A stretch of 64,000 nt of DNA from a bacterium (GCA_037137535.1 JBAXKC010000002.1:1-64000); one strand, 5' to 3'; shown: positions 9,525-18,943, counted from the stretch's first letter. Notes: a model not told the origin generated them from the sequence alone. A program made the numbers and translations.

Positions 9525-10437
9525 TGATGATATAGCAAAGGTTTACATCGCTGAATTTGAAAATGGCAAAAAAGTAGAATTTGTTGAGTCAACACAACCA
9601 CCTATTCCATTTGAAAAAAAATGGGTTCTTATTGTATCAAATATGTTCGGATGCCCAATAAAATGCAGATTTTGCGATGCTGGTGGAAAATATGGCGGTA
9701 AACTAACGAGAAATGAAATAATATCTCAAATTGATTATCTCGTTAAAAGTAAAGGCTTTGAAAAATCTATACCTATAGAAAAATTTAAAATTCAATTTGC
9801 CAGAATGGGTGAGCCTGCATTAAACGAAGAAGTATTAGAAGTATTAAAAATGCTTCCTTCAATATATGATGCACCTGGTTTATTACCTTCCGTCTCTACT
9901 ATTGCACCAGAGAGTACTGACACCTTTTTTAAACGGTTATTATGTATTAAAAATAGTGTTTACGGAAATAATTTTCAGTTCCAATTTTCAGTTCATACAA
10001 CCGATGAAGAATTAAGAAATTGGTTAATACCTGTAAAAAAATGGTCATTTGATAAAATGGCCGAATACGGTGAAAACTTTTTTAATAAAGGTGATAGAAA
10101 AATAACATTAAATTTTGCATTAGCACAGGGCATGCCTCTTGATACTGATGTATTATTAAAACATTTTGATCCTGAAAAGTTTTTATTAAAAATTACGCCT
10201 GTAAACCCAACTTACAATGCAATAAATAACAATATTAAGTCGGAATTAATTAATCAAGAGAGTTTAAGCGATGTCATTGATAATGCAAAAAAATCACCAT
10301 ATGAAGTTATAGTAAGCATTGGTGAGCTTGAAGAAAATAATATTGGAAGTAATTGCGGTCAATACATAAATACATTAAACAATAATTGTGTTAAACCCGA
10401 AAATAGTTATACTTATGAAGTGAAAAACATAAATTAA
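9499..10437 (+). CDS. RlmN/Cfr-like radical SAM protein (divergent, short)
   Basis: CPIKCRFC, RMGEP, C-terminal NCGQ; lacks the RlmN N-terminal domain. Confidence 0.8.
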   Translation: MKVLAYAGNDDIAKVYIAEFENGKKVEFVESTQPPIPFEKKWVLIVSNMFGCPIKCRFCDAGGKYGGKLTRNEIISQIDYLVKSKGFEKSIPIEKFKIQFARMGEPALNEEVLEVLKMLPSIYDAPGLLPSVSTIAPESTDTFFKRLLCIKNSVYGNNFQFQFSVHTTDEELRNWLIPVKKWSFDKMAEYGENFFNKGDRKITLNFALAQGMPLDTDVLLKHFDPEKFLLKITPVNPTYNAINNNIKSELINQESLSDVIDNAKKSPYEVIVSIGELEENNIGSNCGQYINTLNNNCVKPENSYTYEVKNIN

Positions 10438-10477
10438 AAGTTAAGTCTGACGTAACTTTTAATTAAATAAAAAAATA

Positions 10478-10506
10478 GAGCCTGAGTATTTAAACTCAGG
10501 CTCAAA
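10478..10506. terminator. Terminator hairpin between convergent genes
   Basis: GAGCCTGAGT/ACTCAGGCTC perfect stem with A run upstream (T tail on the minus strand). Confidence 0.75.
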
Positions 10507-10522
10507 AGTTATGATTATAAAA

Positions 10523-11146
10523 TTACTCTTGTAAATGCTTAACGTGTCTAACGATATAAGTAATAAATAATACGAGTAAAACAGCTATTATTGCGTAATC
10601 AAACTTATGCCATACTCCTTTAAATAATTCAATATTTTCACCTAGTTTTACGCCTACAAACACTAGGAAATAGCTCCAAATTAATGAACCTAAAAAGGTA
10701 AAGAAAATAAATTTTGGAAAATTTGCTTTTAAAATACCGGCTGGTACTGATATGAATGTTCTTACAACAGGTAGCATTCTACAAAAGAAAAAAGCAGCAT
10801 CTCCATATTTTTCAGACCATTTATCAGCGGTTTCAAGATCTCTTTTGCTGATAAGAAACCATTTCCCATATTTTTCAACGAAAGGACGTCCACCATAATA
10901 ACCTAAATAATAAGAGGGTATAGACCCAACTACACAGCCAATTGCTCCTGCAAAGCAAGCAATATGGAAATTCATTTTGTTTATACTTACTAAATAGCCC
11001 GCAAATGGTAATATAGCTTCGCTGGGAAGAGGAATATTTGCTGATTCAATAGCCATTAATATAATGACACCAAATGCCCCTAAATGTGTGATTGTAGTTT
11101 GTATACAGTGAACAATCGGTGCTAATATTGCATCTAAATGACTCAT
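10523..11146 (-). CDS. dedA: DedA family membrane protein
   Basis: IESANIPLPSEAILPFAG, YYLG..GG, RMLPVVRTFISVPAG. Confidence 0.92.
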   Translation of the reverse strand: MSHLDAILAPIVHCIQTTITHLGAFGVIILMAIESANIPLPSEAILPFAGYLVSINKMNFHIACFAGAIGCVVGSIPSYYLGYYGGRPFVEKYGKWFLISKRDLETADKWSEKYGDAAFFFCRMLPVVRTFISVPAGILKANFPKFIFFTFLGSLIWSYFLVFVGVKLGENIELFKGVWHKFDYAIIAVLLVLFITYIVRHVKHLQE

Positions 11147-11220
11147 TTTAGTATCCTTTATTATAATTAGTTTAAATATGATTATAACATGCTAAATATT
11201 TATAAATTATATCTAACTGC

Positions 11221-11243
11221 AAAAAAAAATACCTTTCGGTATT
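11221..11243 (-). terminator. Intrinsic terminator upstream of dedA
   Basis: Minus strand AATACC-GAAA-GGTATT followed by a T run. Confidence 0.65.
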
Positions 11244-11367
11244 AATTTGTCTTATGCTCTCTTCTTCCAATTTGCTTAATTTAATATATCTTTTATTTGT
11301 CGAGTAATATATGTAGTTTATATGAATCTATATATCTATTGGTGTTGCTGCTACACTTCATATCTAT

Positions 11368-11396
11368 ATTAAAAAACAATTGAAGTGTCTTGTCAA
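11368..11396 (-). promoter_or_regulatory. Sigma70-type promoter TTGACA-N17-TTTAAT
   Basis: -35 at 11396-11391, -10 at 11373-11368; overlapped by inverted repeat ACACTTCA-N20-TGAAGTGT (11353-11388). Confidence 0.55.
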
Positions 11397-11485
11397 CACT
11401 AAATGAAAAACTTTATTTTATACTTATAATCTTCATGGTAAACTAATCTTTATTATTAATTATTTAACTGGAAAGGTTGTTTTAA

Positions 11486-12355
11486 ATGGAAAAATCGCTA
11501 AAAATTGCTATTCCAAATAAAGGCAGATTATCTGAAGATATTTTGGATTTATTACAAAGAGCTGGATTATCAATATCTAAACGTGGAAATAGAACTCTGT
11601 TTACAACAACTCATGATGGTAAATACACAATAATATTTGTAAGAACTCAAGATATACCAAGCTTTGTAAGCAATGGCGTAACTGATTTAGGCTTCACGGG
11701 CTATGATATTGTTCAAGAAACTGAAAAACCCGTTGAATCAATTATGGACTTGAATTTTGGTGCTTGTACAATGGTTGTGGCAACAAAAGAAGAAAGCCCT
11801 TATAACGATGTTAAAGATGTTCCTGATAATACTAGAATAGCAACCTCTTTCCCAAATATAACAAAGAACTTTTTTGAAAGTTTAGGTAAATCAGTAAATA
11901 TTACTGAAGTATGCGGAGCAACTGAAGTAACACCGCAATTAGGTCTAGCTGATGTGATTGTTGACATTACATCAACAGGATCAACACTAAAATCTAATAA
12001 ATTAAAAATAATTGGTAATATTCTTAAATCTCAAGCCGTAATTATTGGTAGACCCGGAATTCAAGAAGAAGAAAAAAATGAAATAATTGCATTTTGCAGA
12101 GCTATAAAATCTGCTATAGCAGCTGAAGAAAAGAAATATTTGATGGCTAATATTCCTAAAAAATCTTTATCAGATGTAAAGAACTTTTTACCAGGATTAT
12201 CATCTCCTACAGTAATCGATTTGTATGGTGAAGACGATAACGTTGCAATACATGTTGTTGTTGATAAAAAAACTATCTATGAAAATATTGATAAATTAAA
12301 AAATCTTGGTGCAACAGGCATTCTGATAATGACTGTTGATCAAATGATTCCTTAG
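11486..12355 (+). CDS. hisG: ATP phosphoribosyltransferase, long form
   Basis: IAIPNKGRL, VRTQDIP, GATE, DITSTGSTL; C-terminal regulatory domain (PGLSSPTV). Confidence 0.95.
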   Translation: MEKSLKIAIPNKGRLSEDILDLLQRAGLSISKRGNRTLFTTTHDGKYTIIFVRTQDIPSFVSNGVTDLGFTGYDIVQETEKPVESIMDLNFGACTMVVATKEESPYNDVKDVPDNTRIATSFPNITKNFFESLGKSVNITEVCGATEVTPQLGLADVIVDITSTGSTLKSNKLKIIGNILKSQAVIIGRPGIQEEEKNEIIAFCRAIKSAIAAEEKKYLMANIPKKSLSDVKNFLPGLSSPTVIDLYGEDDNVAIHVVVDKKTIYENIDKLKNLGATGILIMTVDQMIP

Positions 12356-12387
12356 ATTAATTTCTTTAAAAGAAAAATATTGTTAAA

Positions 12388-12422
12388 AAGTCATATTAAT
12401 TATCTGAATTAATATGACTTTC
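12388..12422. terminator. Bidirectional terminator hairpin
   Basis: AAGTCATATTAATT/AATTAATATGACTT. Confidence 0.6.
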
Positions 12423-12472
12423 TATTTTATATATTGTTTATTCTGAATCTAAGTTTCAATTAATAAATATTT

Positions 12473-12871
12473 CTACTTAATATTACTATTCAATACCGAA
12501 TCAAATTTACTCATTGCTGCTGTAGAATAGGAATCTTGATATAATACATTTCCATTCTTATCAAGTAATACAAAAAATGGAATTTTATCAGGCATAGACA
12601 AACCTAAAACTCTTGCTTGATCGGGTGTTACGTTTAAATCAACATTAAATTCTTTATACTCAACTTGTCCCGGATATTTTGCAATATCATCATTTATTGT
12701 TTTTCTTGCATCTCTGCACTTTGCATTCCAGTCAGTACAGAAAAATACAACTTTTAATTTTGCCTGAGCAACTGCGGGAAATAATGAAATGGATAAAAAT
12801 AAAGCAAGTGTTAAGCTAAATATTGTAAATAAATTTATTCGCTTTTTATTATTTTTTAAATTAGAGTTCAT
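12473..12871 (-). CDS. Exported thioredoxin-fold protein (non-canonical WNxxC site)
   Basis: Signal peptide ending AVAQA; FFCTDWNAKC; IPFFVLLDKNG cis-Pro motif. Confidence 0.65.
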   Translation of the reverse strand: MNSNLKNNKKRINLFTIFSLTLALFLSISLFPAVAQAKLKVVFFCTDWNAKCRDARKTINDDIAKYPGQVEYKEFNVDLNVTPDQARVLGLSMPDKIPFFVLLDKNGNVLYQDSYSTAAMSKFDSVLNSNIK

Positions 12872-12937
12872 AATTATTACCTCTATATATCGAAATCTTA
12901 TATTATTATAAAGCTATTTTTGATTAATTACATCATC

Positions 12938-13381
12938 TTATTTAATAAAATAAATCTTTTGCCCAATTTTAATTTTATATTTTTCACAAAATCCAGACTT
13001 TAGTTCTATAACACTATCTACCTGTTCAGAAGACGGATAGATAGGGCATGTAGTTGCTTTGCAAGTCGGAACTTTAGAATAAAAATTTACAATCTTATTT
13101 TTTCTAACAAAAAGCATATCTAAGGGGAAATTAACATTTTTCATCCAAAAATAGACTTCCTGTGTTTTATCAAATAAAAACAACATTCCTTGATGTTCAG
13201 AAAGAGTTTTCCTGTTCATTAGCCCGGTTTCTCTGTCTTTATCATTATCAGCTACTTCAAGGCTGACTTTCACGTCATTTATTTTGACTTTTACTATTTT
13301 AAGATAGTTAGCATTAACGTTTGTATTTACAGATAATATTAATACACACAGAAGAAAAGATATCAGTAATTTTTTATTCAT
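12938..13381 (-). CDS. DUF192 family exported protein
   Basis: EVAD..RETGLMNR, GMLFLF, FWMKNV.FPLD. Confidence 0.9.
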   Translation of the reverse strand: MNKKLLISFLLCVLILSVNTNVNANYLKIVKVKINDVKVSLEVADNDKDRETGLMNRKTLSEHQGMLFLFDKTQEVYFWMKNVNFPLDMLFVRKNKIVNFYSKVPTCKATTCPIYPSSEQVDSVIELKSGFCEKYKIKIGQKIYFIK

Positions 13382-13472
13382 AATTATATTTATTTCTAGT
13401 TAAATTTATCTTTTAATAATCACTAACTTTATATTATCATAGTTAAAGGCAATTTATAATTTTGGATCATGT

Positions 13473-13970
13473 ATGCCTGCAGTAAAAACTCGAATACTTG
13501 GAATAGACCCAGGGATAGCTATTACAGGCTACGCTGTTGTTGAATATACAAAATCCTCTTATGATGAAGATTTTGACTTAATTACATCAGGCTCTATTCA
13601 AACTGATAAATCTTTAAAATCACCTTGCAGATTATTAGAAATTCATAATGATTTGGAATTTTTACTTGAAAAATATACACCTGATGTAGCAGCTGTAGAA
13701 AAAATATTTTATTTTAAAAATGCAAAAACAATTATGCCTGTAAGTGAAGCTAGAGGTGTAATTACTATGACTCTTAGGAAATTTAATTTACCTATATTTG
13801 ACTATACTCCTCTTGAAATTAAGCAAACAATAACAGGCTTTGGAAGAGCTGAAAAATGTGACGTAAAGCAAATGGTAGAGATTATTCTCTCTGACTGCAA
13901 CCTTTCAAAGTTAGATGACACAATTGATGCGGTAGCAATAGCAATTTGTCATGCTCGAATGAATATTTAG
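13473..13970 (+). CDS. ruvC: Crossover junction endodeoxyribonuclease RuvC
   Basis: ILGIDPG, AVEK, EARGV, DDTIDAVAIA. Confidence 0.93.
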   Translation: MPAVKTRILGIDPGIAITGYAVVEYTKSSYDEDFDLITSGSIQTDKSLKSPCRLLEIHNDLEFLLEKYTPDVAAVEKIFYFKNAKTIMPVSEARGVITMTLRKFNLPIFDYTPLEIKQTITGFGRAEKCDVKQMVEIILSDCNLSKLDDTIDAVAIAICHARMNI

Positions 13971-14056
13971 TCAACAATCTACATAGCATAGAGGATGAAA
14001 TACACCTCATAACCCTATATTATAAACTTATAAATGGGTATATGGGAGGTAGGTAA

Positions 14057-14209
14057 GTGCATTCAGATTATATAAATGTGACTACAAAAGCTGAAGAATT
14101 AAGCTTAGCCATTGAGAAATTAGAAAATCTACTAAATACAGGCGATTCTCAAAAAATTATAGAAGAAATAAGAATGTTTAAAGCTAATCAATTAAATCCT
14201 GCATATTAA
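14057..14209 (+). CDS. Small 50-aa hypothetical protein absent from the ORF track (MHSDYINVTTKAEELSLAIEKLENLLNTGDSQKIIEEIRMFKANQLNPAY)
   Basis: GGGAGGT RBS 6 nt before GTG; open frame to TAA 14207-14209; terminator overlaps the stop. Confidence 0.7.
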   Translation: MHSDYINVTTKAEELSLAIEKLENLLNTGDSQKIIEEIRMFKANQLNPAY

Positions 14210-14222
14210 TGCAGGATTTTTT
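14194..14222 (+). terminator. Intrinsic terminator of the small ORF
   Basis: AAATCCTGCAT/ATGCAGGATTT stem plus T run. Confidence 0.75.
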
Positions 14223-14356
14223 ATATTAAAGGAGTATTTTTTTTTGCCCTTTTTTTGATATATTTATGTAACCAATCTTTACGAATTTAGAGAAAAATGA
14301 AAAAAATGTTATTATAGCTTTGTTGTTATAGATAACAATATATGAGGATACTAATT

Positions 14357-15625
14357 ATGAAATTTGATACAATTACATTACATGGCGGGCAACCTGTTGA
14401 TGAAGCGACAAACTCAAGAGCTTTGCCAATATATCAGACAAGTGCGTATGTGTTTGACAACTCCCATCACGCATCAAATTTATTTGATTTAAAAGAAAAT
14501 GGAAATATTTATACCAGAATATCTAATCCAACAACAGATGTTCTTGAAAAAAGAGTAGCTATGCTAGAAGGTGGAATTGGTGCTGTTGCAGTTGCATCAG
14601 GACAAGCAGCAACCACACTTGCTATTTTGAATATAGCTTCAGCAGGTGATGAAATCGTTGCATCATCTTTTCTTTACGGTGGTACACATAATTTATTTGA
14701 GTATACTCTTAAAAATATGGGAATTAAAGTTAATTTTATTAATTCCTCAAATCCAGCCGATTTTGATAATGCAATAAATGAAAATACAAAACTTTTATTC
14801 ATTGAGTCAATTGGAAATCCAAAACTTAACATTGGAGATATTGAAAAGCTTTCAAAAGTTGCGCATAAAAACCATATTCCGTTAATTGTTGATAATACTG
14901 TTCCAACTCCATACCTTTTAAAACCGATTGAGTATGGTGCCGATATAGTTATCCACTCAGCAACCAAGTTTTTAGGAGGGCATGGTACATCATTAGGTGG
15001 TATTATTGTCGACTCTGGTAAGTTTGACTGGTTTGGAGCAAGTAGATTCCCAGGACTTACAAATCCTGATCCTAGTTACCACGGTGTAATTTACACAAAA
15101 GAATTTGGTAAAGCTGCATATATTACAAAGTTAAGAACACAACTTTTAAGAGATATAGGCCCTGCGATCAGTCCATTCAATTCTTTCCTGATTTTACAGG
15201 GAATTGAAACACTTCATTTAAGAATGCAAAGACATTGTGAGAATGCGATGAAGGTTGCTAAATTCTTAAAAGGTCATAAAAATGTTCAATGGGTAAATTA
15301 TCTAGGTTTAGAAGATCATCATGAATATGATCTTGCAATGAAATACTTCCCAAAAGGTCAGGGAGCTCTTGTCGGATTTGGCATTAAAGGTGGAAAAGCG
15401 GCAGGCGTTACATTTATTGATAATGTTAAATTACTTAGTCATGTAGCGAATATTGGTGATGCTAAATCTCTGGTAATTCATCCTGCAAGCACTACTCATC
15501 AACAATTGAGCGATGAAGAAAAATTAGCATCTGGTATAACAGATGATTATATTAGACTAAGCATTGGCTTAGAAGATGCCGATGATATTATTGCAGATAT
15601 TGACCAAGCACTAAGCTTAATTTAA
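14357..15625 (+). CDS. metY: O-acetylhomoserine aminocarboxypropyltransferase (OAH/OAS sulfhydrylase)
   Basis: [27 protein letters not shown] (PLP Lys), [18 protein letters not shown]. Confidence 0.93.
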   Translation: MKFDTITLHGGQPVDEATNSRALPIYQTSAYVFDNSHHASNLFDLKENGNIYTRISNPTTDVLEKRVAMLEGGIGAVAVASGQAATTLAILNIASAGDEIVASSFLYGGTHNLFEYTLKNMGIKVNFINSSNPADFDNAINENTKLLFIESIGNPKLNIGDIEKLSKVAHKNHIPLIVDNTVPTPYLLKPIEYGADIVIHSATKFLGGHGTSLGGIIVDSGKFDWFGASRFPGLTNPDPSYHGVIYTKEFGKAAYITKLRTQLLRDIGPAISPFNSFLILQGIETLHLRMQRHCENAMKVAKFLKGHKNVQWVNYLGLEDHHEYDLAMKYFPKGQGALVGFGIKGGKAAGVTFIDNVKLLSHVANIGDAKSLVIHPASTTHQQLSDEEKLASGITDDYIRLSIGLEDADDIIADIDQALSLI

Positions 15626-15642
15626 CTCTTAGAATAAAATAT

Positions 15643-15672
15643 AAACTCCCTTTGAATAATCAGAGGGAGTTT
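15643..15672. terminator. Terminator between convergent genes
   Basis: AAACTCCCTTTGA/TCAGAGGGAGTTT. Confidence 0.7.
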
Positions 15673-15695
15673 TAAAATAAATAAATTATATAAAT

Positions 15696-16643
15696 CTATT
15701 CAGGAATTGTTTCAGCAGGAGTATTAGGTTTTATTTCAGGCTTAACAATAGAAACAGATTTTGTTTCACACATAGCTGTTCTAGTTAAACTTAGCTTTTC
15801 TTTTTGTTCTTCATCAAACATAGAGCCTCTAATTACTCTATCGACATAGTTTCCATTTAACTTAACCGCTTTTTCATAAATTCCAAGCTCATCAAGCACA
15901 TCTTTAATTTTATCAAAATCATATTCATAAATACGTTTTTTCTGATAAGTAAGTTTTTCACCCGTAGTAGATATTATATCTTCTCCACCCATATCAAAAT
16001 AAACTTTAAATACAGACCTTAAATCAGAAAGCTCACATTGTAATGTTTGAACAGTTTGTTGAATTCTTAAAAATCTTTCAAATAAATAGTTCATACTTCC
16101 AAATTGAGAAACTTGCCAGTCATATTTTTGTTGGTACATTTTTATTAAGGCAGGATAAGCAAGAGCTAAGCCTTTAGCGTCAGCCATAGCTCTATGCCTT
16201 GTTTCAACTTCTACATCAAATCTTTTTAGCAATGAGCTTAACCCATGAGAAAATTCATCAGGAAAAACTTCCCTAAAAATATGTTGAGTATCAATTCTTT
16301 GATTATTAAGATATTTACCATATAATTCATGACTTGCTTGATTTAAAAAACTATAATCAAAAATAACATTATGACCTACCATCGGATATTCACCGATAAA
16401 TTCAAGAATTTTAGGCAAAGCTTCAGAAAGAACCGGTGCATCAGCAACCATATCTTGAGTAATTCCATGAATTTTGATACTAGAGTTTCTAATTTCTTGT
16501 TCTGGATTAACAAGCGTTTGAAATTCATCGACAATTACGCCGTTTTCAAGCCTTAAAGCAGCAAATTCGATTATTTTTTCTCTTTTATAATCAAGTCCTG
16601 TTGTTTCAATGTCTAGAACTATTTTGATGTCTTTATCGTTCAT
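15696..16643 (-). CDS. DEDDh 3'-5' exonuclease (DnaQ/Pol III epsilon-like) with C-terminal extension
   Basis: LDIETTG, GHNVIFD, HRAMADA motifs. Confidence 0.85.
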   Translation of the reverse strand: MNDKDIKIVLDIETTGLDYKREKIIEFAALRLENGVIVDEFQTLVNPEQEIRNSSIKIHGITQDMVADAPVLSEALPKILEFIGEYPMVGHNVIFDYSFLNQASHELYGKYLNNQRIDTQHIFREVFPDEFSHGLSSLLKRFDVEVETRHRAMADAKGLALAYPALIKMYQQKYDWQVSQFGSMNYLFERFLRIQQTVQTLQCELSDLRSVFKVYFDMGGEDIISTTGEKLTYQKKRIYEYDFDKIKDVLDELGIYEKAVKLNGNYVDRVIRGSMFDEEQKEKLSLTRTAMCETKSVSIVKPEIKPNTPAETIPE

Positions 16644-16692
16644 ATTGAACTCTTTCTATCTAATTAATTGACTACAATAAACAGGTTTAAGT

Positions 16693-18024
16693 TTAGGATT
16701 TTAATTTTTTAAGATAATCAGGAATGTCAACAGCTTCATTTGTTCCAATATTAATATTCCAATTTGGCAGTTCTTCTTCGATTTCCTGCCTTAGTGAGCT
16801 AACATATCCTGGAATAATAATATTCTTATGATTTATTAAGCTTTCAATTTCTGTTTCTTTTACAGCTTTAGCAATAATTTCACCTGTGAATTTATTAGCC
16901 GCCCATGCTGTTAATACGCTCATACCGTCTGACTTTGTTAATATTAAATATGTTCCGACTCCTGAAGCCTCAACTTCTGCTGCAACAGTAAAATAAGTTA
17001 AAGCAAAGTTTGTAGTTACAATAACAGGTGAGTCTTTTGTAACATCACCGATAATATAAAGCTTAGGCTCCATTTGAAGTGGTTTTTGTGGATCAATGTA
17101 TAAATTTTGTCTTAATGCTATTAATGTCGATATTTGAGCTTCATTAAAGTCATCTAAGACTATAATATTAGAATATTTTGCAATAAGTGCGGAGGCTAAA
17201 ATGGTTTTATCGATAATATCATCATTTTCTAAGCTATAATCAGATACGAAAGAAATAACAGGAAAACCTAGCGGTTCAAATTTATCTTCTATCGAAGCTC
17301 TTCTAATATAAGTAAGATCTTCAACTATTGAACTGCTTTTCTTTAAATTCAATACACAATTATCAGGTTTATTTACAATTTCTGCTAATTCTTCAACAGT
17401 ATTCGCAGAAATAACAACAGGTGTATTGAATTTTTTATTAAATTCTGAAAGTTCATTAGCATTAGTATCTTTTAAGAATACAAGTGGAAGATTATTTAAT
17501 GATTTATCAAGTATCTCTTCTACTTTTGATTTATCGGAACTAACTAATATCAATGTAATATTTCTATTTAATAAATCAATTGCTTTTTCAGCAAAATCCA
17601 AAGAATTATCAATTAAACAAACTGCATCAATTTTAAATTCTTCACCAACTCTTTCAATAGAATAGTTTATTATCTTAGAAAGTTTTTCATTATAGTTTTC
17701 ATCAGAAGTTTTTAATTCTACAGAAATTAAAGTGTGATTTACAAATTTCTTTTCATGTCTGAACATGACAGTTTCATTCCCACAAATAAGTTGTTTATAA
17801 GCAGGACCAAACTTAATTTCTTTTTGTTGCAATTTATTTACTTCATTTAATGTTGATTTCAATTCGTCTGAAGCAAATTCACATATATTTATGTCTGCTT
17901 CGCCTTTTGCAATTTTCATTGCGAATGCCATACAAGTTGGAAAACCGCATTTTTTACAATTAGCTTCTTTTTCTTTTTTTCCACCTGGTAATAATTTGAA
18001 TATTTGAAGACCTGTTAATGCCAT
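16693..18024 (-). CDS. acsC: Corrinoid iron-sulfur protein large subunit (ACDS gamma)
   Basis: NCKKCGFPTCMAFA...C 4Fe-4S motif, ETVMFRHEKKF, DPQKP, TTNFALTY, SVLTAWAA.KF. Confidence 0.9.
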   Translation of the reverse strand: MALTGLQIFKLLPGGKKEKEANCKKCGFPTCMAFAMKIAKGEADINICEFASDELKSTLNEVNKLQQKEIKFGPAYKQLICGNETVMFRHEKKFVNHTLISVELKTSDENYNEKLSKIINYSIERVGEEFKIDAVCLIDNSLDFAEKAIDLLNRNITLILVSSDKSKVEEILDKSLNNLPLVFLKDTNANELSEFNKKFNTPVVISANTVEELAEIVNKPDNCVLNLKKSSSIVEDLTYIRRASIEDKFEPLGFPVISFVSDYSLENDDIIDKTILASALIAKYSNIIVLDDFNEAQISTLIALRQNLYIDPQKPLQMEPKLYIIGDVTKDSPVIVTTNFALTYFTVAAEVEASGVGTYLILTKSDGMSVLTAWAANKFTGEIIAKAVKETEIESLINHKNIIIPGYVSSLRQEIEEELPNWNINIGTNEAVDIPDYLKKLKS

Positions 18025-18025
18025 T

Positions 18026-18943
18026 TTATTGACCTCTCTCTATAAATTCAGCAATTTTTTCAACACTGTCAGAGTGATATAGAGCCACCATATCAGCACC
18101 TGCCGTAATCATTGAGCTAGCAGTTACTGTTTCCCACATAATAGCCCTTTGATAGTGTTCTCCTGCTTCGTTAGAGATAAATTTAGCCTTAGCTTCTTTT
18201 GTTTTCCAAGCTTCTTCCCCTGCAAATGCAAGTATAGGCATGTTTAACATATTATCGCCATCTAGTGCGGCAATTCTGATTCTTTCAATTACACTATATG
18301 CATAATCCAAACCGTAGCCTAATGCACCAATATTTGGATCAATTATAATGTTATCAGGATCAATTCCTGCATCAGTAAGTAAAATATTTAGTTGTTTAGC
18401 TAGGTTTATATCAATTGGCGTTCTCGCAATCCAATAATGATTTTTATTTGTTAGTGACGGAATAATATTTTTGTAATTATCTTCATCTATTATGCCGAAA
18501 ATACATTTTTTTTCTAAAGCATTAGCGAGTATAGGTATAATTATCTCATTTATTTCTCTTTTATCAGTAGCATTAATCATTAACGGCTTTGATAAATTCC
18601 TTGAAATATATGTAATCAATTCAACAGTTTTATCTAACACAGATTGATTAAATTCTTTTAAATTAACTACAAGCGAAATAATATCAGCTTGCTGTTTATT
18701 CAAATAATCAATCAAGTTAGAATTATCTCTATTAATATCAGACCAGTTATTTAATAATAAAACAGGATAACTATCTCTTTCAAATAATGGAATTTCGATA
18801 ATGGTTAATTGCTTATTAGATGAATTTAATTCATTCTTCATAAAAGGTAATGAATTAAATTCACCTGTAACAACATTATTAATATTAAATTTTCTAATTG
18901 TATTTTTGTAAGTTTTCTGCGGTTTCGCATAGGTATTAGGCAT
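18026..18943 (-). CDS. acsD: Corrinoid iron-sulfur protein small subunit (ACDS delta)
   Basis: PIDINLAKQLN, DP..GALGYGLDY.YS..ERIR.AAL.GD.ML, EAWKTKEA; GGAG RBS before ATG 18943. Confidence 0.9.
   Translation of the reverse strand: MPNTYAKPQKTYKNTIRKFNINNVVTGEFNSLPFMKNELNSSNKQLTIIEIPLFERDSYPVLLLNNWSDINRDNSNLIDYLNKQQADIISLVVNLKEFNQSVLDKTVELITYISRNLSKPLMINATDKREINEIIIPILANALEKKCIFGIIDEDNYKNIIPSLTNKNHYWIARTPIDINLAKQLNILLTDAGIDPDNIIIDPNIGALGYGLDYAYSVIERIRIAALDGDNMLNMPILAFAGEEAWKTKEAKAKFISNEAGEHYQRAIMWETVTASSMITAGADMVALYHSDSVEKIAEFIERGQ

Noticed and set aside
9499-10437. Cfr antibiotic resistance gene or canonical rlmN
   Set aside because: It lacks the N-terminal domain and the resolving Cys, so it is only family-level similar.
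14223-14356. SAM riboswitch upstream of metY
   Set aside because: No recognisable SAM-I (ATC-AGAG...GAT) core or nested stems.
16693-18024. HgcA mercury methylase
   Set aside because: The cap helix reads SVLTAWAANKF, not N(V/I)WCA(A/G)GK. There is no TM domain or hgcB, it has an N-terminal Fe-S domain and it pairs with acsD.
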